Under the pieces are notes generated by a model that saw nothing but the letters and a program-made list of their open reading frames with translations, made no database searches and was not told where the DNA came from. A DNA stretch of 58,832 bases, from positions 1 to 58,832 of the forward strand of contig JBCBSK010000001.1 in NCBI GenBank assembly GCA_039819185.1, in the 5' to 3' direction. Position 1 is the stretch's first letter. Every line of letters starts with the position of its first letter. Of the stretch, positions 28,818 through 38,111 are shown piece by piece. Made by a program: the position numbers and the translations under genes. The stretch is from Pseudomonadota bacterium. GTDB lineage: Bacteria; Pseudomonadota; Alphaproteobacteria; Rhizobiales; Tepidamorphaceae.

Positions 28818-30449
28818 TCATACTCTGCCGTCGCGATTGACCCAGTCCCAGACCTTGGAGATTACGACGGAGCCTTCGCCAACACCCGATGCGACCCGCT
28901 TGACCGAACTCGCACGCACATCGCCGACGGCAAAGATGCCAGGATGGCTCGTCTCATAGGACGAGTGAGCACCGATATCGGCACCCGTCTTGACGAAGCC
29001 TTTGTCGTCAAGCTCGACGCAGTCGCGAAGCCAGCCGGTATTAGGGGCGGCCCCGACCATGATGAACAGGCCGCGGGTCTCAACGCGTTGCTCGGACTCA
29101 TCTGGCCCCGACCGGATCGTGACAGCCTCGAGATGATGGTCACCATGTAGTGCCACGACCTCTGACCGGTAGTGGATGGTGATCTTGGGCTCAGCTTCGA
29201 GGCGGCTTCTCAGATAGCTCGACATAGAGGCGGCGAGCGATTTGCCGCGCACCAGCAAGTGGACGTGATTTGCCTTGCGTGACAGATACATCGCCGCCTG
29301 ACCGGCCGAATTGCCACCACCCACCACGACGACGTCGGTGTCACCGCAATAGCGCGCCTCGGTCTCTGTGGCGGCATAGTAGATGCCAGCGCCTTCGAAA
29401 TCACTCAGCCGCTCGAGCGGCAGTTTCCGATACTGAACGCCGGTCGCCACGACCACTGCTCGCGCTCGTATTTGGGAGCCACAGTCCATGCGCGCGGTAA
29501 ACTCGCCAATGTCATCGCTGCGGATTGCTTCGGCGCGGCGTGGAACGGCAAACCGCGTACCAAACTTCATCGCCTGTAACGCCCCGCGCCAGACAAGATC
29601 GGTCCCGGAAATCCCGGTGGGAAAGCCCATGTAATTTTCAATCCGCGACGATGTCCCGGCCTGTCCGCCGATGGTGGCATCCTCCACGACCAGTGCCGAC
29701 AGGCCTTCTGCGCCGGCATAAACAGCCGCCGCAACGCCTGCCGGCCCACCGCCAACGATCAGAAGGTCAAAACTCTCGCCATCGGATACCGGCATGTCGA
29801 TACCGATCCGATGGGCGATCTTCGCTGGGCTCGGATCCTCGATGACGTCGTGACTGCCGAAGATAACAGCCGGTTTGCCCGCGCCAATCGAGCAGGCATG
29901 AGCCACCTCTTCGGCCTCGCGCTCACCAATCGTCAGGGAGCGAAAAGGGATGCGGTTGCGAGAGGCAAAGGCCGCGATGTTGCGGATATCGCGATCGACT
30001 TCAGCGCCGACCAGGGTGAGACTGGCCCGACCGCTCTCCAGAAGCTGCCGCCGACGCCCGGCCAGCACCGTGACGATGATATCGCTCATCTCAGGGATCT
30101 CGGACATCAGCCGCAAGACTGCCTCGCGCGGCACGGCAAGCACGCGGCTTTGCCGGACAGCCCGCACGTCGAGCATCGCATTGCCGCCATTTAGCAACGA
30201 CATCTCGCCAACGAACTGACCAGGCCCTAGCGTGGCGCCAGTGCCGTATCGGCCTCCAGAGACTGGATCAACGGCTTCGATCTCGCCATCGAGAACGTAG
30301 TAAAACGTATCCGACGGCTGACCCAGCGCGACGATAATCTCTCCCGGCGCGATCTCCGCTTCGCGACCCTGGGCTTTCAAAGCCGCCACATGCGCGGTGT
30401 CCAGCGGCGTGCGCACCGCCGTCGTTAGATCGATTGCCAGTGATTCCAT
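28818..30449 (-). CDS. Cyclic nucleotide-binding domain fused to a thioredoxin-reductase-like FAD/NAD(P) oxidoreductase (no CxxC)
   Basis: 543 aa. The N-terminal cNMP-binding beta-barrel (GEIIVALGQPSDTFYYVLDGEIE ... FVGEMSLL) is followed by LLIVGGGPAGVAAA and VVVVGGGNSAGQAA dinucleotide folds and GIFAVGDVR. Confidence 0.85.
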   Translation of the reverse strand: MESLAIDLTTAVRTPLDTAHVAALKAQGREAEIAPGEIIVALGQPSDTFYYVLDGEIEAVDPVSGGRYGTGATLGPGQFVGEMSLLNGGNAMLDVRAVRQSRVLAVPREAVLRLMSEIPEMSDIIVTVLAGRRRQLLESGRASLTLVGAEVDRDIRNIAAFASRNRIPFRSLTIGEREAEEVAHACSIGAGKPAVIFGSHDVIEDPSPAKIAHRIGIDMPVSDGESFDLLIVGGGPAGVAAAVYAGAEGLSALVVEDATIGGQAGTSSRIENYMGFPTGISGTDLVWRGALQAMKFGTRFAVPRRAEAIRSDDIGEFTARMDCGSQIRARAVVVATGVQYRKLPLERLSDFEGAGIYYAATETEARYCGDTDVVVVGGGNSAGQAAMYLSRKANHVHLLVRGKSLAASMSSYLRSRLEAEPKITIHYRSEVVALHGDHHLEAVTIRSGPDESEQRVETRGLFIMVGAAPNTGWLRDCVELDDKGFVKTGADIGAHSSYETSHPGIFAVGDVRASSVKRVASGVGEGSVVISKVWDWVNRDGRV

Positions 30450-30562
30450 ACGCTGCTGGTCCCCTTGTCGCTACGGCAGACCTAATGTCGGATTTGGCAC
30501 AGACAAGCGAGAGAACAACCAGATGGCGTGCATCGCATCCGAAACCTGAATGCCGACAATAC

Positions 30563-31288
30563 CTACCGCGCGATTTCCATCTGCACCTCGTTGCGGCGCA
30601 GGAAGCCGGGTGTAAACGGGCTGTTGTAATAGGCGTAGACGGGCGCACTGCGCGGCGTCAGTCCACGGTCGGCGACCCAAGACCGAAGCTCTTCTGCCCG
30701 GTTTGACATGAGATCATCGCGGGGACGGCCACTAAAACGAACCGTGGCGACCCGTCTCTCAGGCTTTGAGACGATGCGAATCCTAGTGTCGACCGGCGTC
30801 GGCAGCGACGCCCGATCGTAGCGGGCCGGCATGATAAAGCCGATGGTCCAGCTTCCATTACCGCCTTGCTGGGTGACGGGCGCCGTCATGCCGATCGTTT
30901 CGCCTTGTGTTGGGCTTGATTGGGTTTGGGTAACAGGCGCGGTCATGCCGATGCGCTCGGCAGGCACATTCTTCCCGAAAATGTAGTCGGCGAGAACACT
31001 GAAGGCCGCATTGGCAGCCTGATCGCGGCTTCCATCTACCTGAATCTCGGCGATGATCAGGCCGGGATAGTCGCGGATCTCGAATGCCCCATCCGTCAGA
31101 ACAACCATGTAGTCAGGTGTTTCAGTGGCCATTGCGGGCTCCGGCGGAGACAAAAGAAGACAGAAAACCGTGCCGAGCGCTGCGACAAACCGGTTGCACC
31201 AGTGCCGGGCGTGACGTAGCTGCCGACCTGATGCACCATCGACCGACCCGAACCGGACACAACCGATATGTCTCATAGACATAGCCAT
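30563..31288 (-). CDS. SOUL family heme-binding protein, secreted
   Basis: YEIRDYPGLIIAE, two IGMTAPVTQ motifs, FIMPARY and VATVRFSG are typical of bacterial SOUL/HBP proteins. Start ambiguous among M1/M3/M5. Confidence 0.8.
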   Translation of the reverse strand: MAMSMRHIGCVRFGSVDGASGRQLRHARHWCNRFVAALGTVFCLLLSPPEPAMATETPDYMVVLTDGAFEIRDYPGLIIAEIQVDGSRDQAANAAFSVLADYIFGKNVPAERIGMTAPVTQTQSSPTQGETIGMTAPVTQQGGNGSWTIGFIMPARYDRASLPTPVDTRIRIVSKPERRVATVRFSGRPRDDLMSNRAEELRSWVADRGLTPRSAPVYAYYNSPFTPGFLRRNEVQMEIAR

Positions 31289-31495
31289 TTCTCACTCCAC
31301 TCGAGCCTGATGCAGACCCGATTGCTCACCTGATGAGATTACGCATGAAGATGGCGTGCGGTTGCACCTGACCGCGATTCTGAATCGTCAATCGATGCGA
31401 AGTCGCTTATGGTCGGTCCGTGATTCGCGCTTGCATTTCGTGTTGAACTCAATACCCCTACACTCCAAGGGGGCCGGGCCGAAGGAGACAGTGAG

Positions 31496-31762
31496 ATGAA
31501 GAAGATTCTGCTGGTGGCTTCGCTTGCGCTATTTGTGTCGGCTTGCACACAGTCCGAACAGCGTGTTGTGACAGGGGCCGGGATTGGCGCCGTGGGGGGT
31601 GCCATTGTCGGTGCCGCTGCAACGGGAAGCGTTGAAGGTGCCGCCGTGGGGGCTGCAATTGGCGCCGGCACGGGTGCTGTTGTCGCTGCGCTTACCGATC
31701 GTCCGGGCTACTGCGTCTGGCGCGATCAGAACGGCCGCGAATACGTCGACCGCTGCCCGTAA
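31496..31762 (+). CDS. Glycine-zipper lipoprotein
   Basis: 88 aa. AAGGAGA RBS; lipobox LFVSAC; GxxxG-rich segment GAGIGAVGGAIVGAAATGSVEGAAVGAAIGAGTGAVV; C-terminal CVWRD...VDRCP. Confidence 0.8.
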   Translation: MKKILLVASLALFVSACTQSEQRVVTGAGIGAVGGAIVGAAATGSVEGAAVGAAIGAGTGAVVAALTDRPGYCVWRDQNGREYVDRCP

Positions 31763-31838
31763 GTCGACAGGTAACAGGACCTAGTAACCGGCTCCGGCGC
31801 GCGACCAGCGTTCCGGGGTCGTTGTATTTGGCACGCAG

Positions 31839-33764
31839 TCATCCGACCTTGGCAAGCAAGGGGGCTGCGTTCGCCGGTCCCTCGATCAATTGCGGCTCGC
31901 CAAACAGATAGCCCTGAAGGGCTGTGACACCCCAGCTTGCCAACAGGTCGGCCGACGCCTCGTCGGTTACCCATTCAGCCACGGTCTCGAGGCCGAAATG
32001 GCTGCCGAGATCGGCCAACGTTTTGACGAACATCTGATCTTCAGGGCTCTGCGATAGGCCGCGGATAAAGGCGCCATCAATCTTCAGAACGTCGGCGCGA
32101 AGATTCTTGAGATTGACGAAGGATGTGTAGCCCGCGCCAAAATCATCGATCGCCACACGAACTCCAAGATCGTGCATCGAGGCAACGAAATCCCGTGTCT
32201 CGACGACGTCGCGAATCGCCGCGGTTTCGGTGATCTCTATGGTTAGACGCTTGACCAAAGAGCGGTCCCGGGTGGCCGTTTCGGCCAGCATGGTGAACCA
32301 TTCAGGATCGGCGATGGTGTGCGCTGAAACGTTGACGGACAATTTGGCATCGGGATGGGCACCAAGATAATCCAGCGACAAGTTGAGCGATCTAAGGTCG
32401 ATCGGGCGGACAAGACCAAGACGCTCGGCTAGATTGATAAACTCACTGGCTGCCATGACCGTGCCGTCTTCGCGCACCAGCCGTGACAGGGCCTCGTGAT
32501 GGGTAACTTCACGGGTCTTGGCGTCGACCACGGGATGCAGCGCCAGTGACAGCCGCTCTTCCGCAAGCGCAGATACCAGTTGATCGGCAGTAGCGATGTT
32601 CTTGCGCCGCGCCGCTTCGCGCCGGCTAGAGGGTTCGAACAGCACGAAGCCGCTGCGTCGCCTGCGCCGCAATTCCCCAAACGCTTCCTGGGCCCGCAGC
32701 ATCGCGTCGTGCGGCGTGACGGCGAAGCGCGGCAACAGGACACCTGCCAGCGAGACGCTTGCCGACACCGGTCCTGCCGCCGTGTCGAAGGTTTCATCGC
32801 GAACTTCTCGCATGAACCGTTCCGCCGCGACATGGGCTTCCTGTTCGCTGCAATTGTTCAAGACCAGGCCAAGCTTGTTACCTGAGTAACGGCCGAGCGC
32901 GTCGCCCCCACGCATCGAGGTGCGCACCCGACGCGCAACGCCTCCGATCACCTCGTCGGCGACATCGAACCCATAGGCATCATTGATCACAGAGAGATTG
33001 TCGATCGCCGCCAGCATGAAAACGAGATACGACTGGTAGCGCTTGGCATGGTTCAAAGATGCCCCAAGCGCTTCCAAGAGACGCGTGCGATTGAACTGCC
33101 CTGTCAGGGGATCATAGCGGGCGAGAAATGCCAGCCGCTCTTCGTGCTCGTGGCGGTCATTGATAACCCGCACGACGCCATGGGCCCAACGCGGCCGACC
33201 GTCATCGCCGGCGAACCATCGGCCTGTATCCTCAATCCAAAGCCCTACCGCGCTGTCACGGCCTCCAGGCAGGAAACGGTACTGCAGTTGATAGGAGCGA
33301 CCCGCACCATCGTCCTGGGCTGCGCTGCGGCAGACAGTTTCATGTCGATTGGTCAGATTGTCGGGATCGAGAAGAAGGCCAAAGCCGGTGCCCGTTGCGA
33401 TCTGCCCGGGCTCGCGCACTTCAAGGACGTCCGGGGCATTGTTGCTCCAGCGGATACGATCCGTGGCGAGATCCCATTCATACACTGCTTCACCGACCGA
33501 GTTCAGAACATCGGACAGACTAATCGCCGTACCATCGGGGCGTGGCGCCAAACGCCCCGGGCGCACAGTTGCGATTGGCGTGGCCGTCCGATCATCGGCG
33601 ATGACGAGCGCGTTTGGGTCACCGCTGCAATCCAAGGCCTGTGGCCGTGTCCGCATGTCTCTCCACTCGACTTTCATGCCGCCATGACGAACGAGCGTGG
33701 AAGACGTGGAGCGCATATCCCGGCAAACACCGGCTGCTTGAAGCCCCCAGACTTCGACGCACAA
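31839..33764 (-). CDS. PAS - degenerate GGDEF - EAL domain protein (likely c-di-GMP phosphodiesterase)
   Basis: EAL motifs are present: HHEALSRL, DDFGAGYTSF, KIDGAF, QGYLFGEP. The GGDEF position reads SGNKL, with RGGD (RxxD) five residues upstream. The true start may be an internal Met (M17/M30/M37). Confidence 0.85.
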   Translation of the reverse strand: MCVEVWGLQAAGVCRDMRSTSSTLVRHGGMKVEWRDMRTRPQALDCSGDPNALVIADDRTATPIATVRPGRLAPRPDGTAISLSDVLNSVGEAVYEWDLATDRIRWSNNAPDVLEVREPGQIATGTGFGLLLDPDNLTNRHETVCRSAAQDDGAGRSYQLQYRFLPGGRDSAVGLWIEDTGRWFAGDDGRPRWAHGVVRVINDRHEHEERLAFLARYDPLTGQFNRTRLLEALGASLNHAKRYQSYLVFMLAAIDNLSVINDAYGFDVADEVIGGVARRVRTSMRGGDALGRYSGNKLGLVLNNCSEQEAHVAAERFMREVRDETFDTAAGPVSASVSLAGVLLPRFAVTPHDAMLRAQEAFGELRRRRRSGFVLFEPSSRREAARRKNIATADQLVSALAEERLSLALHPVVDAKTREVTHHEALSRLVREDGTVMAASEFINLAERLGLVRPIDLRSLNLSLDYLGAHPDAKLSVNVSAHTIADPEWFTMLAETATRDRSLVKRLTIEITETAAIRDVVETRDFVASMHDLGVRVAIDDFGAGYTSFVNLKNLRADVLKIDGAFIRGLSQSPEDQMFVKTLADLGSHFGLETVAEWVTDEASADLLASWGVTALQGYLFGEPQLIEGPANAAPLLAKVG

Positions 33765-33877
33765 GATCGGTCGGCAGAACGCTTGTAAGGCGGTCGGACC
33801 GATATCGCTGGCACGATGCTTGCCTCTTCCATGTTAAGGTCTTCTTAACGTCCCGATTCGGGACAGGGAGCTTCGCG

Positions 33878-34213
33878 TTGAAACTGGAACCGGTCGGCAT
33901 AGGGACATCTGCAGGCAGAGCCTCGCGACGCCGCACAGAAGATACGCGTCAGCGCGTCGATGCCGTATCACCGCAACGCGCACTGGTGCCCGTAAGCCCA
34001 CGCGATCAGCGGTCCGAACGGAGCTATGTTCGCTTACCCGGCTTCCGTGCGGATGCCGGCTTCGTGGCTCAGCTCATCGCGACCCATCTCGATATGCCAC
34101 AGACCCGTGCACGACGGACAGCCAACGTCGAAGACGTTGTCACAGCCTATGCCACAGCAAGGTCCAGGCACCACCGCACACCGATGCGGCCGCAGGCCGA
34201 CGCTTTGGCGTGA
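33878..34213 (+). CDS. Hypothetical small protein (111 aa, TTG start), tentative
   Basis: TTG at 33878 lies 7 nt after GGGAG, and the frame is open to 34213 in an otherwise gene-free 465-bp gap. The Arg-rich product contains ...RADAGFVAQLIATHLDMPQTRARRTA... I recognise no family with certainty. Confidence 0.3.
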   Translation: MKLEPVGIGTSAGRASRRRTEDTRQRVDAVSPQRALVPVSPRDQRSERSYVRLPGFRADAGFVAQLIATHLDMPQTRARRTANVEDVVTAYATARSRHHRTPMRPQADALA

Positions 34214-34230
34214 TCCAACGGCAACGCCGG

Positions 34231-35817
34231 TCAAAACCCAATCGCACATCCATCCTTGCGCGGATCGGACCCGCCTATCAGAACGCCCCGATCGTGATCG
34301 ATCCAGATCGCCTGACCACCGCCCCAGGGCTTGCTGGCAATCTCAACGCGATGTCCCATGGCGGAGAGCTGCGCCTGGGTCGTCTCCGGAACCGTGTGTT
34401 CGACTGCAAGCGGACCACCCTCGATGAACGCGCGGGGGGCATCCAGAGCCGATTGTACGTCCATCCCGAAGTCGATCATGTTGGTCAGGAAATGGGTGTG
34501 GCCGCACGCTTGGTATTGCCCGCCCATGACACCGAACGACATGACCGTCCGGCCGTTTCTGCGCAAGAGGCCTGGAATGAGCGTATGCAGCGGTCGCTTG
34601 CCCGGTTTCACTTCGTTCGGGTGGCCCTGTTGCAGTGAGAAGGCCGCACCGCGGTTTTGCAGGACGACGCCGGACTGCTCGCCGACGATCCCTGAACCGA
34701 AACTGTCGAAGATTGAGTTGATCACAGTGATACAACGGCCCTCCCCATCAGCAACGGTGAGAAGAATGGTGTCCGTTGCCAACCGCGGGTCCATAGCAGC
34801 CGTCTCTGGCCCGCGCCGTGCCGGATCGATCCGGCCACGCAGACTTGCGATATGGGCCGGAGACAGGAAGTCGGCCGGATCGGGGGAGGAAGCCGGATCA
34901 CCGACAAAGCCATCGCGTACGCCATACGCAAGCCGTGCCGCTTCCATTTCGAGATGGACGCGCTGCGCGCCATTGGGATCGAGTTCCGCCAGATCGAAGC
35001 CTTCGAGGATGCCGAGCATCATCAGAGCCACGACGCCTTGCGTGTTCGGTGGAAGCTCGACCACGCCATACGCGCGATAGGTATGTTCAACCGGCATAAC
35101 CCAGTCGATTGAGATATCGGCCAGGTCATCAGCCATCATGACCCCGCCCTGGCGCGCGATCGCGGAAACGAGATCCTCGGCCACCGCGCCACGATAAAAA
35201 CCGTCCGGCCCCTCGGCCGCGATCCGCTCATACGTGGCGGCGAGCGCCGGCTGAACCCAGACATCGCCGATTTTTGGTGCCGTCCCATCAGCCTTGAGAT
35301 GATGAGTAGAGGCGCCGACGTCGCGCCGAAGCCGATCCGCTGCTTCGCCCCAATCATGCGCAACACGCGGTGCGACGGGATAGCCGTTGCGCGCAAGATC
35401 GATGGCCGGCTGCAGCGCCCGGTCAAGGCCGAAGCGGCCGAAGCGAACGCACAGCTCCGCCCAACCCGCCACCGCGCCCGGCACCGTGACAGCCAGACCG
35501 TGATGTTCCGGCATCTCGCTCAGACCGCGCTCGCGCAGCCACTCAGCGTCGAGCCCCTTTGGCGCATGCCCCGATGCGTTCAGCCCGTGGATCGTGCCAT
35601 CCGGCTCCGACACCAGAGCGAACAGATCACCACCTGCCGATGTCATGTGCGGCTCCACCACGGTCAGACAGGCAGCAGCGGTGACCGCAGCATCGACGGC
35701 GTTGCCGCCAGCGCGCAGCACGTCAATCGCAGCCAAGGTCGCACGCGGATGCGACGTCGCAGCCATGCCGTTCGGCGCCAGAACCGCCGAGCGGCGGGGG
35801 AGTTGGAAATCACGCAT
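34231..35817 (-). CDS. ggt: Gamma-glutamyltransferase
   Basis: ATG 35817 (MRDFQLPRRSAVLAPNGMAATSHP...). Autoprocessing-site region ...DTILLTV; C-terminus GGSDPRKDGCAIGF. Confidence 0.92.
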   Translation of the reverse strand: MRDFQLPRRSAVLAPNGMAATSHPRATLAAIDVLRAGGNAVDAAVTAAACLTVVEPHMTSAGGDLFALVSEPDGTIHGLNASGHAPKGLDAEWLRERGLSEMPEHHGLAVTVPGAVAGWAELCVRFGRFGLDRALQPAIDLARNGYPVAPRVAHDWGEAADRLRRDVGASTHHLKADGTAPKIGDVWVQPALAATYERIAAEGPDGFYRGAVAEDLVSAIARQGGVMMADDLADISIDWVMPVEHTYRAYGVVELPPNTQGVVALMMLGILEGFDLAELDPNGAQRVHLEMEAARLAYGVRDGFVGDPASSPDPADFLSPAHIASLRGRIDPARRGPETAAMDPRLATDTILLTVADGEGRCITVINSIFDSFGSGIVGEQSGVVLQNRGAAFSLQQGHPNEVKPGKRPLHTLIPGLLRRNGRTVMSFGVMGGQYQACGHTHFLTNMIDFGMDVQSALDAPRAFIEGGPLAVEHTVPETTQAQLSAMGHRVEIASKPWGGGQAIWIDHDRGVLIGGSDPRKDGCAIGF

Positions 35818-35944
35818 GGTGAAATGGCCCCATTCCAATTGACCGTGGCTCTCCATCACGGCACAGCTGTTGTTCTTACAATCGGATTGGCGCAGGAGGC
35901 CTGGGTTTCTAGTGTCCTGTCAATGAACCGATGAGGAGCCCACC

Positions 35945-36376
35945 ATGACCGATCTGACCCTTGCCACCGCAATGACCATTCTCGAAGCTGCCCTCGCAAC
36001 GCGGCAAGAGCGCGGCATCAAGCCGCTTGCCGTGGCGGTTCTGGATGCCGGTGGCCATCTCAAGGCGCTTCAGGCCGAGGACGGCGCCTCCTTCCTGCGG
36101 CCGAAGGTGGCGCATGGCAAGGCTTATGGGGCGCTGGCGATCGGCATGGGCTCGCGCGCCCTGATGGCGCGCGCCGAGCAGCAGGCCCATTTCATCAACT
36201 CGGTGAACCATCTCTGCGACGGGGCACTGGTCGCGGTGCCGGGCGGGGTGTTGATGCGCGATGGCGCCGGCAAGCTCATTGGCGCAGTCGGAATCTCCGG
36301 CGACACATCCGACAATGACGAGGCATGCGCGATCGCCGGAATCGAGGCGGCAGGTCTGGTTGCGGAAACAGGGTGA
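35945..36376 (+). CDS. GlcG/HbpS family heme-binding protein (DUF336)
   Basis: 143 aa. GAGGAG RBS; ...VAVLDAGGHLKALQAEDGA ... GAVGISGDTSDNDEACAIAGI. Confidence 0.85.
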   Translation: MTDLTLATAMTILEAALATRQERGIKPLAVAVLDAGGHLKALQAEDGASFLRPKVAHGKAYGALAIGMGSRALMARAEQQAHFINSVNHLCDGALVAVPGGVLMRDGAGKLIGAVGISGDTSDNDEACAIAGIEAAGLVAETG

Positions 36377-36386
36377 GGCCGGAGGC

Positions 36387-36794
36387 TTACAGCTGCCCAC
36401 CCGGTCCGACGGTGAAGTCGCGGCGAGCCTGGCGGATGGTGATTGAAAAGCCAGCGATCACGTCGACAAGCACGATCATCAAGAAGACGAAGAAGGTCGA
36501 GGTCGCAGCGAGGCCGACAAGCAAAAACTCGATGAGCGCGCCAATCAGCACCATCGTCGACAAGATATGATCGACGATTGTGCCGGATGCCGTGCGCGTT
36601 GCCTTGAGAACTTCGAGAAACAGGACGAAGACGGCAAACGAGATAAACAGGTCTCCGGCAGTCATTTCCCAGACGGCGCCCGAGACCATCGGCACGCCGA
36701 TGACGACTGCATCCCAGTCAAACCCCGGAAGGCCGAAGGCAACGGCATTATAGACGGCCAGCGGCACGATCATCAGCGGTATGGCGAAGATCAT
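36387..36794 (-). CDS. Conserved hypothetical membrane protein
   Basis: MIFAIPLMIVPLAVYNAVAF... with four predicted TM helices, lying immediately downstream of rpmF. ATG 36794 (a TTG at 36809 is also possible). Confidence 0.65.
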   Translation of the reverse strand: MIFAIPLMIVPLAVYNAVAFGLPGFDWDAVVIGVPMVSGAVWEMTAGDLFISFAVFVLFLEVLKATRTASGTIVDHILSTMVLIGALIEFLLVGLAATSTFFVFLMIVLVDVIAGFSITIRQARRDFTVGPGGQL

Positions 36795-36841
36795 GCGCGT
36801 CGTCTCCAATCAGGACGATCGACGGTTCAGGATATCAGACG

Positions 36842-37027
36842 TCACGCATCTTCTTTGATGTCGAGAATCTGCTTGCCGCGATACATGCCGGTTTTGAGGT
36901 CGATGTGGTGCGGCCGGCGCAATTCGCCCGACTCCTTGTCTTCCACATAGGTCGGCTGCTTGAGCGCGTCGGCGGATCGGCGCTTGCCGCGCCGCGACGG
37001 CGTCACTTTGCGCTTTGGGACGGCCAT
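36842..37027 (-). CDS. rpmF: 50S ribosomal protein L32
   Basis: [23 protein letters not shown]..., 61 aa, the canonical L32 N-terminus. Confidence 0.95.
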   Translation of the reverse strand: MAVPKRKVTPSRRGKRRSADALKQPTYVEDKESGELRRPHHIDLKTGMYRGKQILDIKEDA

Positions 37028-37237
37028 GTCTGAACTCCAAAATGTCTAATACATTGGCGCAGGATCGGGCGGAAAACCGGTTCCCCGCTTTTCCTGATCC
37101 CGCTTTGCCGCAAAGGCGATGCGCGCGCGAGCCGCGCCAATCCAGACTTTGCGATGCAAGAAAGTCGCGACGCTATACAGCGTCAGACGCCGTTTGGCTA
37201 GCCGGTCTGGGCAAGAATCCTATCGCAACACAGCCTG

Positions 37238-37963
37238 CTACAATCCAAGGCAGGCAATGCTCGCACCGCCCTGGCGCGCCCGGCCCTCGACGATGCCGGC
37301 GATACGGGCATGCCGGCTCGATGGCCGCGCCGGATTGCGGGCCTTCGGATTTGGCAACGTCGTCGCCATCAGCGCTGCATTGCGCCAGGAAAGCTGGTCC
37401 GGCCGCGCAGTGTAGTAATGCGCCGTGCCTGCGCCAGCGCCATAAACGCCGGGCGCCCATTCCGCGACGTTGAGATAAATCTCCAGGAGCCGCCGTTTCG
37501 ACAGGACGAGATCGAGCCAGAGCGCCAACGGTAGTTCCAGCGCCTTGCGGACTTCGCTGCGCTGCGGCCATAGGAACAGGTTCTTGGCAAGCTGCATTGT
37601 GATGGTCGACGCACCGCGCGGACGTCCGCCATCCATCCACTCCTGGACGCTGGCGCGTAACTCACCGAGATCGATGCCCATATGGCGGCAGAACTTTCCG
37701 TCTTCCGAGGCAATCACCGAAGCGACCAGCGGCGTGCCCATCTCTTCAAAAGACACCCACTGGCGCTCGACCTGTCGGCCGGTCAACCAGTCCGCTAGCA
37801 TTAGCGTCGAGACCGGCGGGACGACCGCATAGAGAACGGTCAGCAAGAGCGGCGTTGCGATCACAACCGCAACACCAAGACCAAATACACGCCACACCGA
37901 CCATCGCCGGGATTTGGCCGGTGCAGTGGTTTCCTCGACCTCGGTTTCTGTCTCACTTGTCAT
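37238..37963 (-). CDS. mtgA: Monofunctional biosynthetic peptidoglycan transglycosylase
   Basis: GT51 motifs SEDGKFCRHMGID, GASTITMQLAKNLFL, RKALE, with a single N-terminal TM helix. ATG 37963 chosen; the ORF extends to 38086. Confidence 0.88.
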   Translation of the reverse strand: MTSETETEVEETTAPAKSRRWSVWRVFGLGVAVVIATPLLLTVLYAVVPPVSTLMLADWLTGRQVERQWVSFEEMGTPLVASVIASEDGKFCRHMGIDLGELRASVQEWMDGGRPRGASTITMQLAKNLFLWPQRSEVRKALELPLALWLDLVLSKRRLLEIYLNVAEWAPGVYGAGAGTAHYYTARPDQLSWRNAALMATTLPNPKARNPARPSSRHARIAGIVEGRARQGGASIACLGL

Positions 37964-38111
37964 GATGTGTCCGGTATCCCCCGAAGCCCGCGTGCTTAGT
38001 GACCGGTTGGCACCACGGCAAGAGGATAAATCCGCGATTTGTGCGGCAAAGCGATGACGCGTGGCCAAACACCCGCTTGCCTGCACCGCCGATCTCGGTC
38101 ATTGAGCGGCG

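Noticed and set aside
30880-30960. An internal near-duplicate in the SOUL gene, encoding IGMTAPVTQ twice.
   Set aside because: Two closely spaced I.MTAPV motifs are, as far as I recall, a normal feature of bacterial SOUL/heme-binding proteins rather than a recent tandem duplication or slippage site.
34026-34638. Plus-strand ORFs 34026..34427 and 34210..34638 next to the gene-poor gap.
   Set aside because: They overlap the 3' part of ggt on the opposite strand and have Pro/Arg-rich translations without motifs.
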